DNA from: Balanoglossus misakiensis
Lineage: Eukaryota; Animalia; Hemichordata
Assembly (NCBI GenBank): GCA_040954595.2
Contig: CM082578.2
Location: 3,082,831-3,146,830 of the forward strand
Direction: 5' to 3'
Length of the DNA: 64,000 bases
The position numbers and the translations under genes were made by a program. The notes under the pieces are model-generated. The model was not told the origin of the DNA and made no database searches. It saw only the letters and a list, made by a program, of their open reading frames with translations. Of the stretch, positions 11,380 through 26,300 are shown piece after piece. How positions within the stretch are numbered: the stretch's first letter is position 1; each line of letters starts with the position of its first letter.

Positions 11380-12058
11380 TTAAGTAATTAAATAAAGAAT
11401 TATATACAAATAATAATTTTAATAATAATAGGTCCGATTTCCACAAAATTTTTACCATAGGGGTATCTTGGCTCAATAAGAACAAAAATGATATCCGTTT
11501 AGTGATCACATGTTTCTATGGCAACCATTTTGGGGCTGAAATTATGCTTTTTGTGCTAAGAGAGGGTATCACAAGTCAATTTACATAATAATTGGTTGGA
11601 TTTGAACACAAAATCACACTGGCAGTATTTTTGTTCACAAAGAAAACATTTGGGGTTTATTTTCCGAATGCACAATAATAAGTTGGTGAAATTTGACTTT
11701 TCTTTCAAGACAGAGGAACTGCGCATGTGCAGAAAAACTGGCAATGCAGCCGATAGGGTAAGTGCGCGAGTCGAAGAGTTCCTGCCCAGCTACCATGTGG
11801 GCAGTGGTGAGGCTTATCCCTGGGGAGGCATGGCAGCTCACGTAAGGTCGCGTGTTGATGACATGACCCAAGGTCATCTATCATCCACCGAGAGCGCATG
11901 TGCAGCTACAGTGTACATACGGAGAAAGTACGGTGTTTTGGTGTGGGAGGCACATATAATTAGATATTTTACTACACTTCGTGAAAATTAACTCAGGAAA
12001 GTAAATATAACAGTTTGCCTTTGTATCAATTACGGTACTGTGACAGGAGTGTCTGGCA

Positions 12059-12329
12059 TGCTCCGATAGAAATTATGGAATGTTTGGTTAAAGTAACTGG
12101 ATTACAACTTGATATAGGTAAGTAAACTAAGGGACCGTTCAGTTTTTACGGCAGGGGGGGGGGGCGGCAAGTTTGTGTCATCGGTTCTCAAAATCAGGCC
12201 GACCCCCCCTTCAGCCAGGACCAAAAAATGATTAATTTCCCCAGCCATCAACTCAAATTAGTTTACTTACCTATATCAAGTTGTAATCCAGTTACTTTAA
12301 CCAAACATTCCATAATTTCTATCGGAGCA
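12059..12329. repeat. Perfect 72-bp inverted repeat enclosing a PIF/Harbinger-like MITE end
   Basis: 12059-12130 is the exact reverse complement of 12258-12329; spacer starts TAA|GGGACCGTTCAGTTTTTACGGCAGGGGG. Confidence 0.85.
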
Positions 12330-13418
12330 GGCTTCCACCCACAAAAAAAATACAAGATACAATAGTATCGTTAAGGAATCCAATCAATCGATTGTTCATG
12401 CATTTCCAGACTGTCGACCAGTTTTAAAACATAAATTCATTTGTACTGCATAAACGTTTACCGTCTATTTGTTGTTGTATGACATGGGTTATTGAAGGAA
12501 GGCAGTTACAGGACACACTCGTAGAAGTACACTGTTTGAGTATTGACAGCGAGTCTGTGTTAAATTTGGCAGTTCAGCGTGACTTCAACACTAAATAGAC
12601 AATTAGCAGAAAAGTCTGCAAACTTCTAAATTTCTGGAAATGTTTTATTTGGTATGGTTATGAAATAATTTTCGTCTATGAAGAATCAAATCTCAGCGAC
12701 GCACGATAGCTTCTGATGAATGCGAAGACCTGTCAGCTGACACGCAAATACAGCCAAAACATAAAATTCAACATTGAAAACAGAACCGCGAGATGCCTCG
12801 TGTGTCTGTCCTGTCACCTCGTCTGAGAAAACAATAAAATTCTCGAGAAATAATAACACGAAATCCAAAATATCGTGATAACATTTCTTCATTTCTCTGA
12901 TTCTATTTGGCTGCCTTGTATTGTAAACATTGCGTCCGTTTGACACCGACACAAACGTAGCATAACTCAGAGGTCAATACTTTGATTAAAAACAATAATG
13001 TTAACACTAACCTTCCTGTTCCACGATATCTGCGGTTTCTATGGCGCTCAAATCTCATGATATGTGCAATTCTAAAGCCAACTGGGGTATTATTCCTGTC
13101 GTTTTAGCCACGAAAACTGGGCAGACGACACGACGCGAAACAGCTCGTTCACACTCAGTTGACATCGCGTGATTCCAGAGCGCGCGCAAACATACGAAAA
13201 ATTGCTACAATGTTGTACGTAAATAAACTCGGTCTCCAACTCGTGTTGGGTTTCGAGCGAAGTTTTGTACCTCCGATCTGTCGTACACACGCCACCAGAC
13301 TCACCGGGTAACAAGGTTTTAAATAGTGTTTAACAATACCCGAGGTCTTTTTGTGAATATTAGGTAGAAAATCTCCAACCGAAAGCGTTGAAACGTCGTC
13401 TGCAATTTTAGATACATA

Positions 13419-16400
13419 TAGACCATGAGCCAGTAGGGGTTTACCTCCCCCCCGGGGGAATTTTCGAGACAATGTTTTTCTGAAAGCCTATCATATACTG
13501 AGTAAAATTCACTTTGTTTGCCATCTGGGCACCGGGGCGTTTTCGAGTTATTGGCTTCTAAATTATATTGGGTAACGTATGTAGGAAAGCCTAAAAGTGC
13601 GTATAAATTGACGTAGGGGGGTAAATTAGTCTTGTAAAATGCTGTCTCTCTGAACGTATACCTCGAACAACAGGGATGTATTTGGTATCAAAAGAAAGCT
13701 TAATAAACAAACTTTCCATTAATTACAAAATAAAAGTGATATGACAAATCATGACATCATAGTGACGTCATAAGTCAAAATACCCTTACGAAAATGGTGT
13801 TCTGTTCACCTATAAATGTGAGGTTTTGCAAAACATGTCTCTGTGCAATTGTACTGATGAAAACTGATGAAAACTGTGATGTGTTTGGTATCAACAGAAA
13901 GCTGATTGAGTAAAGTATCTAATTATTGCAAAAAATTGATATAATAATCAATTACGTCATCATTACGTCATACTTCCAAGTACCCTTACCAATTAGTGAC
14001 TACGGTGACAAGTTATTACCCTAGGAGATAGGTGCCTTTAAATAAAAAAATTGGTAAGGAAGGTTTGTGAAGTCCATTCTATGTAAAAAAATGGTGCTGA
14101 TTCCAAAAAAGTCAGTCTTATTGACCCCACCCAAGACAAAATTGCCATTTTGGCACTTTTTAACCCAAAAAAGGTCATTTTTAGAAAACACTAAAAACAC
14201 ACTGTTTTCGTCACATTCGAAGATCTGATGACATATGATATGCCTATTCTATGTAAAATTTGGTTGATATTACGAAAAAAGCAGTCTGACTGACCCCACC
14301 CAAGAAAAAATTGCCATTTTGGCACTTTTTAACCCCAAAAAAGTCATTTTTAGAAAACACTAAAAACACACTGTTTTCGTCACATTCGAAGATCTGATGA
14401 CATATGATATGCCTATTCTATGTAAAATTTGGTTGATATTACGAAAAAAAGCAGTCTGACTGACCCCAAACGAGACAGAATTGCCTTTTTGACCATTTTT
14501 TGCCCAAAAACGTCATTTTTAGACAAAACTTAAAACACACTCTACTCTTCATATTGATTGATTTGATGATATATGGAAAGTCAATTCTATGTGTAAAGTG
14601 GTAACTATAAAACATAAAGCAGTCTTTTAGACCCCAATCAATACAAAAATGCCATTTTTGGCCACATTTTTGAGGTCAAAAAGGTCATTTTTACAAAAAA
14701 AACTAAAAACAAACTGTTTTCTTCATATTCAGAGATCTGATTATGTATGAAAAGTCCATTCTATGTAAAAAAAAAAATCATCTGATTGACCCCATTCTAG
14801 TCAAAATTGCGTTTTTGGCAATTTATTGCCTAAAAAGACCTACTTAAGACAAATTTATCATTTTAAACATTTTCTAGAGAAAAAAATGTTTGCATTTGGA
14901 GATAGCCCAAATTGAACTCATAATGATGATTGAAACTTCAAGGAATTTAAGAGTTTTTAGTATATTTATTAGGTTTAAACCCACATTTTCCCTGTTGTGT
15001 GCTAGTTCAGGGGCCTGTTTTAGCTCTATTGAGTATTTAGCATCGTGGGATTGCACCCCTGTCCAATCAAAATGACGGAGGTATCATGATATAATATAAT
15101 TTCTGATTTTGTATTCCGAACGAAGAGGATAAATGTCAACAATCTATCCGGAGCTGGTATAGATGTACATAAAAAAATTTATACCATGTATAACCGACTT
15201 ATAGTATACAGTGTGAATACATGGATCGTCTCGTTTTATTGTTGAGTTCCATTTTAGGCTAAATGTGCCAAATTGTGGCAACTCTGCCTTTCAATATCAT
15301 CAATTCAACTGATATCATATGGTATGACATTTTAAATATGCAAATATAACATCAAAACTCAAAAGGCAAAAAACACCAATTATTTTGTTTTCTGAAAAAG
15401 ACAATTGTTGACTAGAAGATGGCTTAGTGGCAATTTTGTATTGAGTGGGGTCTTAATAAGACTGTTGTGTTGGTATCAGCATATTTTTGCAAAAAATGGA
15501 CTTTCCATTCATAATCAAACATTTAAATACGAAGAAAACAGCTTGTTTTCATTTTTTCTTGAAATGACCTTTTTGACCAAAAAATGGCCAAAATGACAAT
15601 TTTGTAGGGCTGAAAAGAATTTTTTTTGGTATCGGCTCCCTTTCAACAAAAATGGACCTTCTCCGTACATCATAAGATCTCTGAAAATAAAGAAAGAAGT
15701 TTCAAACAGTTACCTTTTTGAGTAAAGTGGCCAAAATGGCATTTTTTCCCTCTGTGGAGTCAGTAAGAGTGCTTTTTTGGAAAAATCGCTACTTTTAAGA
15801 TAGAATGGACTTTTATTTATTATTAGTTGCAAACATTTTTTTCTCTAGAAAATGTTTAAAATGTAAAATTTGTCTTAAGTAGGTATTTTTAGGCAATAAA
15901 TTGCCAAAAACGCAATTTTGACTAGAATGGGGTCAATCAGATTTTTTTTTTACATAGAATGGACTTTTCATACATAATCAGATATCTGAATATGAAGAAA
16001 ACAGTTTGTTTTTAGTTTTTTTGTAAAAATGACCTTTTTGACCTCAAAAATGTGGCCAAAAATGGCATTTTTGTATTGATTGGGGTCAAAGAGACTGCTT
16101 TATGTTTTATAGTCACCATTTTACACATAGAATTGACTTTCCATATATCATCAAATCAATCAATATGAAGAGTAGAGTGTGCTTTAAGTTTTGTCTAAAA
16201 ATGACGTTTTTGGGCAAAAAATGGTCAAAAAGGCAATTCTGTCTCGTTTGGGGTCAGTCAGACTGCTTTTTTTCGTAATATCAACCAAATTTTACATAGA
16301 ACAGGCATATCATATGTCATCAGATCTTCGAATGTGACGAAAACAGTGTGTTTTTAGTGTTTTCTAAAAATGACCTTTTTTGGGTTAAAAAGTGCCAAAA

Positions 16401-17136
16401 TGGCAATTTTGTCTTGGGTGGGGTCAATAAGACTGACTTTTTTGGAATCAGCACCATTTTTTTTTACATAGAATGGACTTCACAAACCTTCCTTACCAAT
16501 TTTTTTATTTAAAGGCACCTATCTCCTAGGGTAATAACTTGTCATCATAGTCACTAATTGGTAAGGGTACTTGGAAGTATGATGTAATGATGACGTAATT
16601 GATTATTATATCAATTTTTTGCAATAATTAGATACTTTACTCAATCAGCTTTCTGTTGATACCAAACACATCACAGTTTTCATCAGTTTTCATCAGTACA
16701 ATTGCACAGAGACATGTTTTGCAAAACCTCACATTTATAGGTGAACAGAACACCATTTTCGTAAGGGTATTTTGACTTATGACGTCACTATGATGTCATG
16801 ATTTGTCATATCACTTTTATTTTGTAATTAATGGAAAGCTTGTTTATTAAGCTTTCTTTTGATACCAAATACATCCCTCTTGTTCGAGGTATACGTTCAG
16901 AGAGACAGCATTTTACAAGACTAATTTACCCCCCTACGTCAATTTATACGCACTTTTAGGCTTTCCTACATACGTTACCCAATATAATTTAGAAGCCAAT
17001 AACTCGAAAACGCCCCGGTGCCCAGAGGGCAAACAAGGTGAATTTTACTCAGTATATGATAGGCTTTCAGAAAAACATTGTCTCGAAAATTCCCCCGGGG
17101 GGGGGGGGAGGTAAACCCCTACTGGCTCATGGTCTA
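13419..17136. mobile_element. Academ-like non-autonomous foldback element, 3.7 kb, arms ~1.3-1.5 kb
   Basis: TAGACCATGAGCCAGTAGGGG...CCCCTACTGGCTCATGGTCTA; 3-bp TSD ATA; 13419-~14894 mirrors ~15828-17136; ~170-bp internal subrepeats; no ORF. Confidence 0.8.
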
Positions 17137-17257
17137 ATAGGCCACTTTGAAAAATGTTGTCTTTATGAATCTGAAGTATCACGAATGATTGTACAGGAAA
17201 TCCACCCGTGCTTATTAAATTGATAGATTGTTTATATAATTCTTTAAACCCCTTAAC

Positions 17258-17260
<3 letters not shown>

Positions 17261-17310
<50 letters not shown>
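17261..17310. repeat. (TAA)n microsatellite, target of the HINE stack; continues at 30716-30746 and 36919-36928
   Basis: Pure TAA run directly abutting the first element end. Confidence 0.95.
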
Positions 17311-17312
<2 letters not shown>

Positions 17313-20300
17313 TAAAGCTGCAAGCAGCGTTGTGGGGGCACAAGCGGTTCCCATGGTGACCAGCAAATTCCACGGCTGTATCTGCTGGGGATACCGAGAC
17401 ATGGGAAAGTAGGTCAAAGGTCACCTGAGGTCACCCCAAATTTGGGCAAAAAAATTGGACCCCATACTAGTCTAGATCCAACAAAAAACCAGACCCCTAG
17501 CCCTATTGGTTCGCCTGCAATTAGGTATGCACATAATTAATGAGGTCTTGTGTAAGACTCCATTATGTGCTCAATACCCATAACAGCCAGGGCTCTAACT
17601 GCTCTGGATGCTGAGATATGGGAAAGTAGATCAAAGGTCACCCAAGGTCACCCAAAATTAGGGCATAAAATTTTGACCCCAGACTGGGCCATGTCCAACC
17701 AATACCAGACCTCTAGCCCTATTGGGTAGCATGGAATTAGATATGCAGAAATAGGTCAAAGGTCATTGCCAAAATTACCAAAATATTTGTGTCATGTCCT
17801 GGCAGCATTGGTACCCATGTCCACAAAATTCATGAATGTGGTGCTTTTACAAGAGGAGGTATGGGGAATATGCATATATAATTAGTTCTTTTAAAACTGG
17901 GTCAAAGGTCATGTGAAAATTGCCACGAAAAATTGTGACAACTTCCGGTCATATGATGACTCATATCCAAAAAAAGAATTTCCGTGCTGTCAACATTTTG
18001 GCTACAAAACGGAATTATCACTTTTCAATGGTTTTCCGAAAATCCAACATGGCCGCCATAATGATCGACCAATCACAGTGCGCTTCGCAAACTTGATAGA
18101 CATAGGTTAGGTGACCACATATCCCAAATCCCGAGAATCAGTAACCGCTGGTTCTGGAGAAGAAGATTTTTAAAGTTTTAAGTATTTTTTAAGAAAAACA
18201 ATTGTAGCCAAAAAACTTTATGTGTGACGTCATGATTTCAATGGGGTAAAATGATGGACAGAAGGTAGGCTACCTGCACACCAAATTTGAACTCGATCGG
18301 CCTTGTAGTTTTTGAGAAGGACTCATTTAACGGTTTTCAGGAAATCCAATATGGCTGCCAGGTCACATGACTAATTAAATATTCACGGGCCACTGCACGT
18401 CTACTCATTGGCCCCTATCACCCTACCAAGTTTCAGCCCCCTAGGTGCTGCGGTTTTCCAGATCTACCTGGCCGAATTTCTCGGAAGAAGAAGAAGAAGA
18501 AGAATAATAATAATTAAAGCTGCAAGCAGCATTGTCCGGGCCCAAGCTTTATTATCTGATCTGATTATTAGATATGCACATAATTAATGAGTAGAAACAT
18601 AATGCTGTGTTTTAGCAAATGAAATATCAAGGTTATATCTATGTTTGGTGCTGATATAGTGTTAAGTAGGTCAAAGGTCATCCAGAGGTCAGCCACAATT
18701 TGGGCAGAAAATTTTGACCCATAGTGGTCCATGTCCATCAAAAACCAGACCTCTAGCCCTTTTGGTTAGCCCGGAATTAGGTATGCACATAAATAATGCG
18801 TAAAGCAGGTGTCACAGGTGAGCCAAAACTTTGGCTTTTCATTATGGCCCCATACCTCCAAATGCCCAGACTGTACCTGCTTTGGATGTCGAGATATGCA
18901 AAAATAGGTCAAAGGTCATCTGAGGTCACCCAAAATTTGGGCAGAAAATTTTGACCCAAAGTAGTCCATGTCCAACAAAAACCAGACCTCTAGCCCTTTT
19001 GGTTAGCCCGGAATTAGGTATGCACATAAATAATGAGTTAAGCAGGTGTCACAGGTGACCCAAAACTTTGGCTTTTCATTATGGCCCCATACCTCCAAAC
19101 GCCAAGGCTGTATCTGCTGTGGATGTCGAGATATGCAAAAGTAGGTCAAAGGTCACCCGAGGTCATCCAACATTTGGGCAAAATATTTTGACCCCATACT
19201 GATCCATGTCCAGAAAAAAACAAACCTCTAGGTCATTTGGTTCATCTGTAATTAGGTATGCGCATATTTAATGAGGTCAGCAGAGGTCAAAGGGGTCATG
19301 AAAAGTAGCAAAAATTTTTGATCACATACAAAACCACATACATCAAAAACCAAACTTATAGCCCTATTGGTTAGCCTGGAATTAGATATGCAGAAAAATG
19401 ATGCGTCAAAAGTAGGTCAAAGGTCATTGCCAAAATTACCAAAATATTTATAGCTTATTCTTGTCATATGATGATTCATATCCATAAAAAGAATTTCTGT
19501 GCTATCAATTTTTAGGCTAGAAACAGAATTTTTACTTTTTAATCGTTGTTCACAAAATCCAATATGGCCGCCAAAATCTTCGACCAATCACAATGATCTT
19601 CGCAAACTTGATAGACATCTGTTTAATGACCACACACACCAAATCTTGTGACTCGGTTATCGCCGGTTCTTGAGAAGAAGATTTTTGAAATTTTACTAGG
19701 TTTTTTCGAAAATCCAATATGGCCGCCATAATCTTCGACCAATCACAATGATCTTCGCAAACTTGATAGACCTCAGTTTGGTGACCACATACCCCAAACC
19801 GCGTGACTCGGTTATCGCCGGTTCTGGAGAAGAAGATTTTTGAAATTTTGACCAGATTTCAGAAAAACAACTGTAGCAAAAAAACTGCAACATTGACAGC
19901 AAAATATCCAATTACAAAAATGATGGGTAGAAGGTAGACTACCTGCACACCAAGTTTGAAGTCGATCTGACTTGTAGTTTCTGAGATCTGAGATTTGCAT
20001 TTTTTCAGAAAATCTAATATGGCCGCCAGGTCACGTGACTAATTAAAAATTCAAGGGTTCAATGCACATCTACTCATTGACCTTGACCACTGTAGCAAGT
20101 TTCAGAAGTGTACCTGCAGTGGTGTCTGAGATCTAGAGCGACAAAGAATTGACACAAGAATAAAGAAAGAAGAAAGAAAGAAAGAAAAACCCCAACGAAA
20201 CCAATAGGGCCCAAGCGCTGGCTTGCGCTTGGGCCCTAATTAAAGCTGCAAGCAGCATTGTCCGGGCCCAAGCTCTATTATCTGATCTGATTATTAGATA

Positions 20301-23300
20301 TGCACATAATTATAAGTAGAAACATAATGCTGTGTTTTATCCCATGAAATATCAAGATTATATCTATGTTTAGTGCTCATATAGTGCTAAGTAGGTCAAA
20401 GGTCACCCAGAGGTCACCCACAATTTGGGCAGAAAATTTCGACCCATAGTGGTCCATGTCCAACAAAAACCAGACCTCTAGCCCTTTTGGTTAGCCCGGA
20501 ATTAGGTATGCACATAAATAATGAGTTAAGCAGGTGTCACAGGTGACCCAAAACTTTGGCTTTTCATTATGGCCCCATACCTCCAAACGCCAAGGCTGTA
20601 TCTGCTGTGGATGTCGAGATATGCAAAAGTAGGTCAAAGGTCACCCGAGGTCACCCAACATTTGGGCAAAATATTTTGACCCCATACTGATCCATGTCCA
20701 AAAAAACCAAACCTCTAGGTCTATTGGTTCATCTGTAATTAGGTATGTACATACTTAATGAGGTCAGCAGGGGTCAAAGGGGTCGTGAAAAGTAGCAAAA
20801 TATTTTCATCACACACTAATCCACATGCATCAAAAACCAAATGTCTAGCCCTATAGGTTAGCCTGGAATTAGATATGCAGAAAAATGATGCGTCAAAAGT
20901 AGGTCAAAGGTCATTGCCAAAATTACCAAAATATTTATAGCTTATTCTTGTCATATGATGATTCATATCCATAAAAAGAATTTCTGTGCTATCAATTTTT
21001 AGGCTAGAAACAGAATTTTTACTTTTTAATCGTTGTTCACAAAATCCAATATGGCCGCCAAAATCTTCGACCAATCACAATGATCTTCGCAAACTTGATA
21101 GACATCTGTTTAATGACCACACACACCAAATCTTGTGACTCGGTTATCGCCGGTTCTTGAGAAGAAGATTTTTGAAATTTTACTAGGGTTTTTCGAAAAT
21201 CCAATATGGCCGCCATAATCTTCCACCAATCACAATGATCTTCGCAAACTTGATAGACCTCAGTTTGGTGACCACATACCCCAAACCGCGTGACTCGGTT
21301 ATCGCCGGTTCTGGAGAAGAAGATTTTTGAAATTTTGACCAGATTTCAGAAAAACAACTGTAGCAAAAAAACTGCAAAATTGACAGCAAAATATCCAATT
21401 ACAAAAATGATGGGTAGAAGGTAGACTACCTGCACACCAAGTTTGAAGTCGATCTGACTTGTAGTTTCTGAGATCTGAGATTTGCATTTTTTCAGAAAAT
21501 CTAATATGGCCGCCAGGTCACGTGACTAATTAAAAATTCAAGGGTTCAATGCACATCTACTCATTGACCTTGACCACTGTAGCAAGTTTGAGAAGTGTAC
21601 CTGCAGTGGTGTCTGAGATCTAGAGCGACAAAGAATTGACACAAGAATAAAGAAAGAAGAAAGAAGGAAAGACAGAATTAAAGCTGCAAGCAGCATTGTC
21701 CGGGCCCAAGCTCTATTATCTGATCTGATATTAGATATGCACATAATTAATGAGTAGAAACATAATGCTGTTTTATCCCATGAAATATCAAGGTTATATC
21801 TATGTTTGGTGCTGTTAAAGTGTTAAGTAGGTCAAAGGTCACCCAGAGGTCACCCAACATTTGGGCAGAAAATTTTGACCCATAGTGGTCCATGTCCAAC
21901 AAAAACCAGACCTCTAGCCCTTTTGGTTAGCCCGGAATTAGGTATGCAGATAAATAATGCGTAAAGCAGGTGTCACAGATGACCCAAAACTTTGGCTTTT
22001 CATTATGGCCCCATACCTCCAAATGTCAAGGCTGTACCTGCTTTGGATGCCGAGATATGCAAAAGTAGGTCAAAGGTCATCTGAGGTCATCCAAAATTTG
22101 GGCAGAAAATTTTGACTCATAGTGGTCCATGTCCAACAAAAACCAGACCTCTAGCCCTTTTGGTTAGCCCGGAATTAGGTATGCACATAAATAGTGAGTA
22201 AAGCAGGCGTCACAGGTGACCCAAAACTTTGGCTTTTCATTATGGCCCCATACCTCCAAATGCCAAGGCTGTGCCTGCTTTGGATGCTGAGATATGCAAA
22301 AGTAGGTCAAAGGTCATCTGAGGTCATCCAAAATTTGGGCAAAAAATTTTGACCCCATACTGGTCCATGTCCAACAAAAACCAAACCTCTAGCTCAATTG
22401 GTTCGCCTGTAATTAGCTATGCACATAATTAATGAGGTCAGCAGAGGTCAAAGGGGTCATGAAAAGTAGCAAAATATTTTGATCACACACTAATCCACAT
22501 TCATCAAAAACCAAACGTCTAGCCCTACAGGTTAGCCTGGAATTAGATATGCAGAAATAATAACGTGTGATAAGTAGGTCAAAGGTCATGTGAAAAATCG
22601 CCAAAAATTTGTAACATATTGTAGTCATATGACGATTGATATCCATAAAAAGAATTTGTATGCTATTAATTTTTATACTAGAAAAAGGAATTTTAATTTT
22701 TCACTGCTTTTTACAAAATCCAATATGGCCGCCATAATCTTCGACCAATCACATTCCTCTTCCCAAACTTGATAGACATCTGTTTAATGAACACACACAC
22801 CAAATCTTGCGACTCGGTTATCGCCGGTTCTTGAGAAGAAGATTTTTGAAATTTTACTAGGGTTTTTCGAAAATCCAATATGGCCGCCATAATCTTCGAC
22901 CAATCACAATGATCTTCGCAAACTTGATAGACATCAGTTAGGTGACCACATACCCCAAACCCCGTGTCTCGGTTATCACCGGTTCTGGAGAAGAAGATTT
23001 TTGAAATTTAAGCCAGATTTCAGAAAAAAAATTGTAGCAAAAAAACTGCAACTTTGTCAGCATAATTTCCAATTACAAAAATGATTGACAGAAGGTAGTC
23101 TACCTGCACGCCAAATTTGAAGTTGATCTGACTTGTAGTTTCTGAGATCTGAGATTTGCATTTTTTCAGAAAATCCAAGATGGCCGCCAGGTCATGTGAC
23201 TAATTAAAAATTCATGGGTTCAATGCACGACTACTCATTGACCTTGACCACTGTAGCAAGTTTGAGAACTGTACCTGCAGTGGTGTCTGAGATCTAGAGC

Positions 23301-26300
23301 GACAAAGAATTGACAGAAGAATAAAGAAAGAAGAAGGAAAGACAGAATTAAAGCTGCAAGCAGCATTGTCCGGGCCCAAGCTCTATTATCTGATTTGATT
23401 ATTAGATATGCACATAATTAATGAGTAGAAACATAATGCTGTGTTTTATCCCATGAAATATCAAGATTATATCTATGTTTAGTGCTGATATAGTGTTAAG
23501 TAGGTCAGAGGTCACCCAGAGGTCACCCACAGTTTGGGCAGAAAATTTTGACCCATAGTGGTCCCTGTCCAACAAAAACCAGACCTCTAACCCTTTTGGT
23601 TAGCCCGGAATTAGGTATGCACATAAATAATGAGTTAAGCAGGTGTCACAGGTGACCAAAAACTTTGGCTTTTCATTATGGCCCCATACCTCCAAACGCC
23701 AAGGCTGTATCTGCTGTGGATGCTGAGATTTGCGAAAGTAGGTCAAAGGTTACCAGAGGTCACCCAAAATTTGGGTAAAAAATTTTGACCCCATACTTGT
23801 CCTGTCCAACAAAAACAAAACCTCTAGGTCTATTGGTTCATCTGTAATTAGGTATGCGCATATTTAATGAGGTCAGCAGAGGTCAAAGGGGTCATGAAAA
23901 GTAGCAAAATTTTTTGATCACATACAAATCCACATACATCAAAAACCAAACTTATAGCCCTATTGGTTAGCCTGGAATTAGATATGCAGAAAATTGATGC
24001 GTCAAAAGTAGGTCAAAGGTCATTGCCAAAATTACCAAAATATTTATAGCTTATTCTTGTCATATGATGATTCATATCCATAAAAAGAATTTCTGTGCTA
24101 TCAACTTTTAGGCTAGAAAGGGAATTTTTACTTTTTAATCGTTTTTCACAAAATCCAATATGGCCGCCATAATCTTCGACCAATCACATTCCTCTTCGCA
24201 AACTTGATAGACATCCGTTGAATGACCACACACACAAAATCTTGTGACTCGGTTATCGCCGGTTCTCGAGAAGAAGATTTTTGAAATTTTACTAGGGTTT
24301 TTTCGAAAATCCAATATGGCCGCCATAATCTTCGACCAATCATAATGATCTTCGCAAACTTGATAGACATCAGTTAGGTGACCACATACCCCAAACCCCG
24401 TGTCTCGGTTATCACCGGTTCTGGAGAAGAAGATTTTTGAAATTTAAGCCAGATTTCAGAAAAAAAATTGTAGCAAAAAAACTGCAACATTGACAGCATA
24501 ATTTCCAATTACAAAAATGTTTGACAGAAGGTAGTCTACCTGCACGCCAAATTTGAAGTTGATCTGACTTGTAGTTTCTGAGATCTGAGATTTGCATTTT
24601 TTCAGAAAATCCAAGATGGCCGCCAGGTCATGTGACTAATTAAAAATTCATGGGTTCAATGCACGACTACTCATTGACCTTGACCACTGTAGCAAGTTTG
24701 AGAACTGTACCTGCAGTGGTGTCTGAGATCTAGAGCGACAAAGAATTGACAGAAGAATAAAGAAAGATTAAAGCTGCAAGCAGCATTGTCCGGGCCCAAG
24801 CTCTATTATCTGATCTGATGCTGATATAGTGTTAAGTAGATCAAAGGTCACCCGAGGTCACCCAACATTTAGGCAAAATATTTTGACCCCATACTGGTCC
24901 ATGTATAACAAAAACAAAACCTCTAGGTCTACTGGTTCATCATTAATTAGGTATGTGCATATTTAATGAGGTCAGCAGGGGTCAAAGGGGTCACAAAAAG
25001 TAGCAAAATATTTTGATCACACACTAATCCACATACATCAAAAACCAAACTTATAGCCCTATTGGTTAGCCTGGAATTAGATATGCAGAAAAATGATGTG
25101 TCAAAAGTAGGTCAAAGGTCATTGCCAAAATTACCAAAATATTTATAGCATATTCTTGTCATATGATGATTCATATCCATAAAAAGAATTTCTGTGCTAT
25201 CAATTTTTAGGCTAGAAAGGGAATTTTTACTTTTTAATCGTTTTTCACAAAATCCAATATGGCCGCCATAATCTTCGACCAATCACATTCCTCTTCGCAA
25301 ACTTGATAGACATCTGTTTAATGACCACACACACCAAATCTTGTGACTCGGTTATCGCCGGTTCTTGAGAAGAAGATTTTTGAAATTTTACTAAGGTTTT
25401 ACGAAAATCCAATATGGCCGCCATAATCTTCGACCAATCACAAAGATCTTCGCAAACTTGATAGACATCAGATAGGTGACTACATACCCTAAACCCCGTG
25501 TCTCGGTTATCACCAGTTCTAGAGAAGAAGATTTTTGAAATTTAAGCCGGATTTCAGAAAAAAAATTGTAGCAAAAAAACTGCAACATTGACAGCAAAAT
25601 ATCCAATTACAAAAATGATGGGTAGAAGGTAGACTACCTGCACACCAAATTTGAAGTCGATCTGACTTGTAGTTTCTGAGATCTAAGATTTGCATTTTTT
25701 CAGAAAATCCAATATGGCCGCCAGGTCACGTGACCAATTAAAAATTCAAGGGTTCAATGCACATCTACTCATTGACCTTGACCACTGTAGCAAGTTTCAG
25801 AAGTGTACCTGCAGCGGTGTCTGAGATCTAGAGCGACAAAGAATTGACACAAGAAAAAAGAAAGAAAGAAAGAAAGAAAGACAGAAAAACCCCAACGAAA
25901 CCAATAGGGCCCAAGCGCTGGCTTGCGCTTGGGCCCTAAAGAAAGAAAGAAGGAAAGACAGAAAAACCCCAACGAAACCAATAGGGCCCAAGCGCTGGCT
26001 TGCGCTTGGGCCCTAAAAACCCCAACGAAACCAATAGGGCCCAAGCGCTGGTATGCGCTTGGGCCCTAAAAACCCCAACGAAACCAATAGGGCCCAAGCG
26101 CTGGTATGCGCTTGGGCCCTAATAATAATAAAGAATTAAAGCTGCAAGCAGCATTGTCCGGGCCCAAGCTCTATTATCTGATCTGATTATTAGATATGCA
26201 CATAATTAATGAGTAGAAACATAATGCTGTGTTTTATCCCATGAAATATCAAGATTATATCTATGTTTAGTGCTGATATAGTGTTAAGTAGGTCAGAGGT

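Noticed and set aside
25885-26120. Tandem 53-bp palindromic repeats (also 30447-30659, 36700-36918) resembling a CRISPR array
   Set aside because: No unique spacers, no cas genes, eukaryotic context; explained as stacked HINE termini
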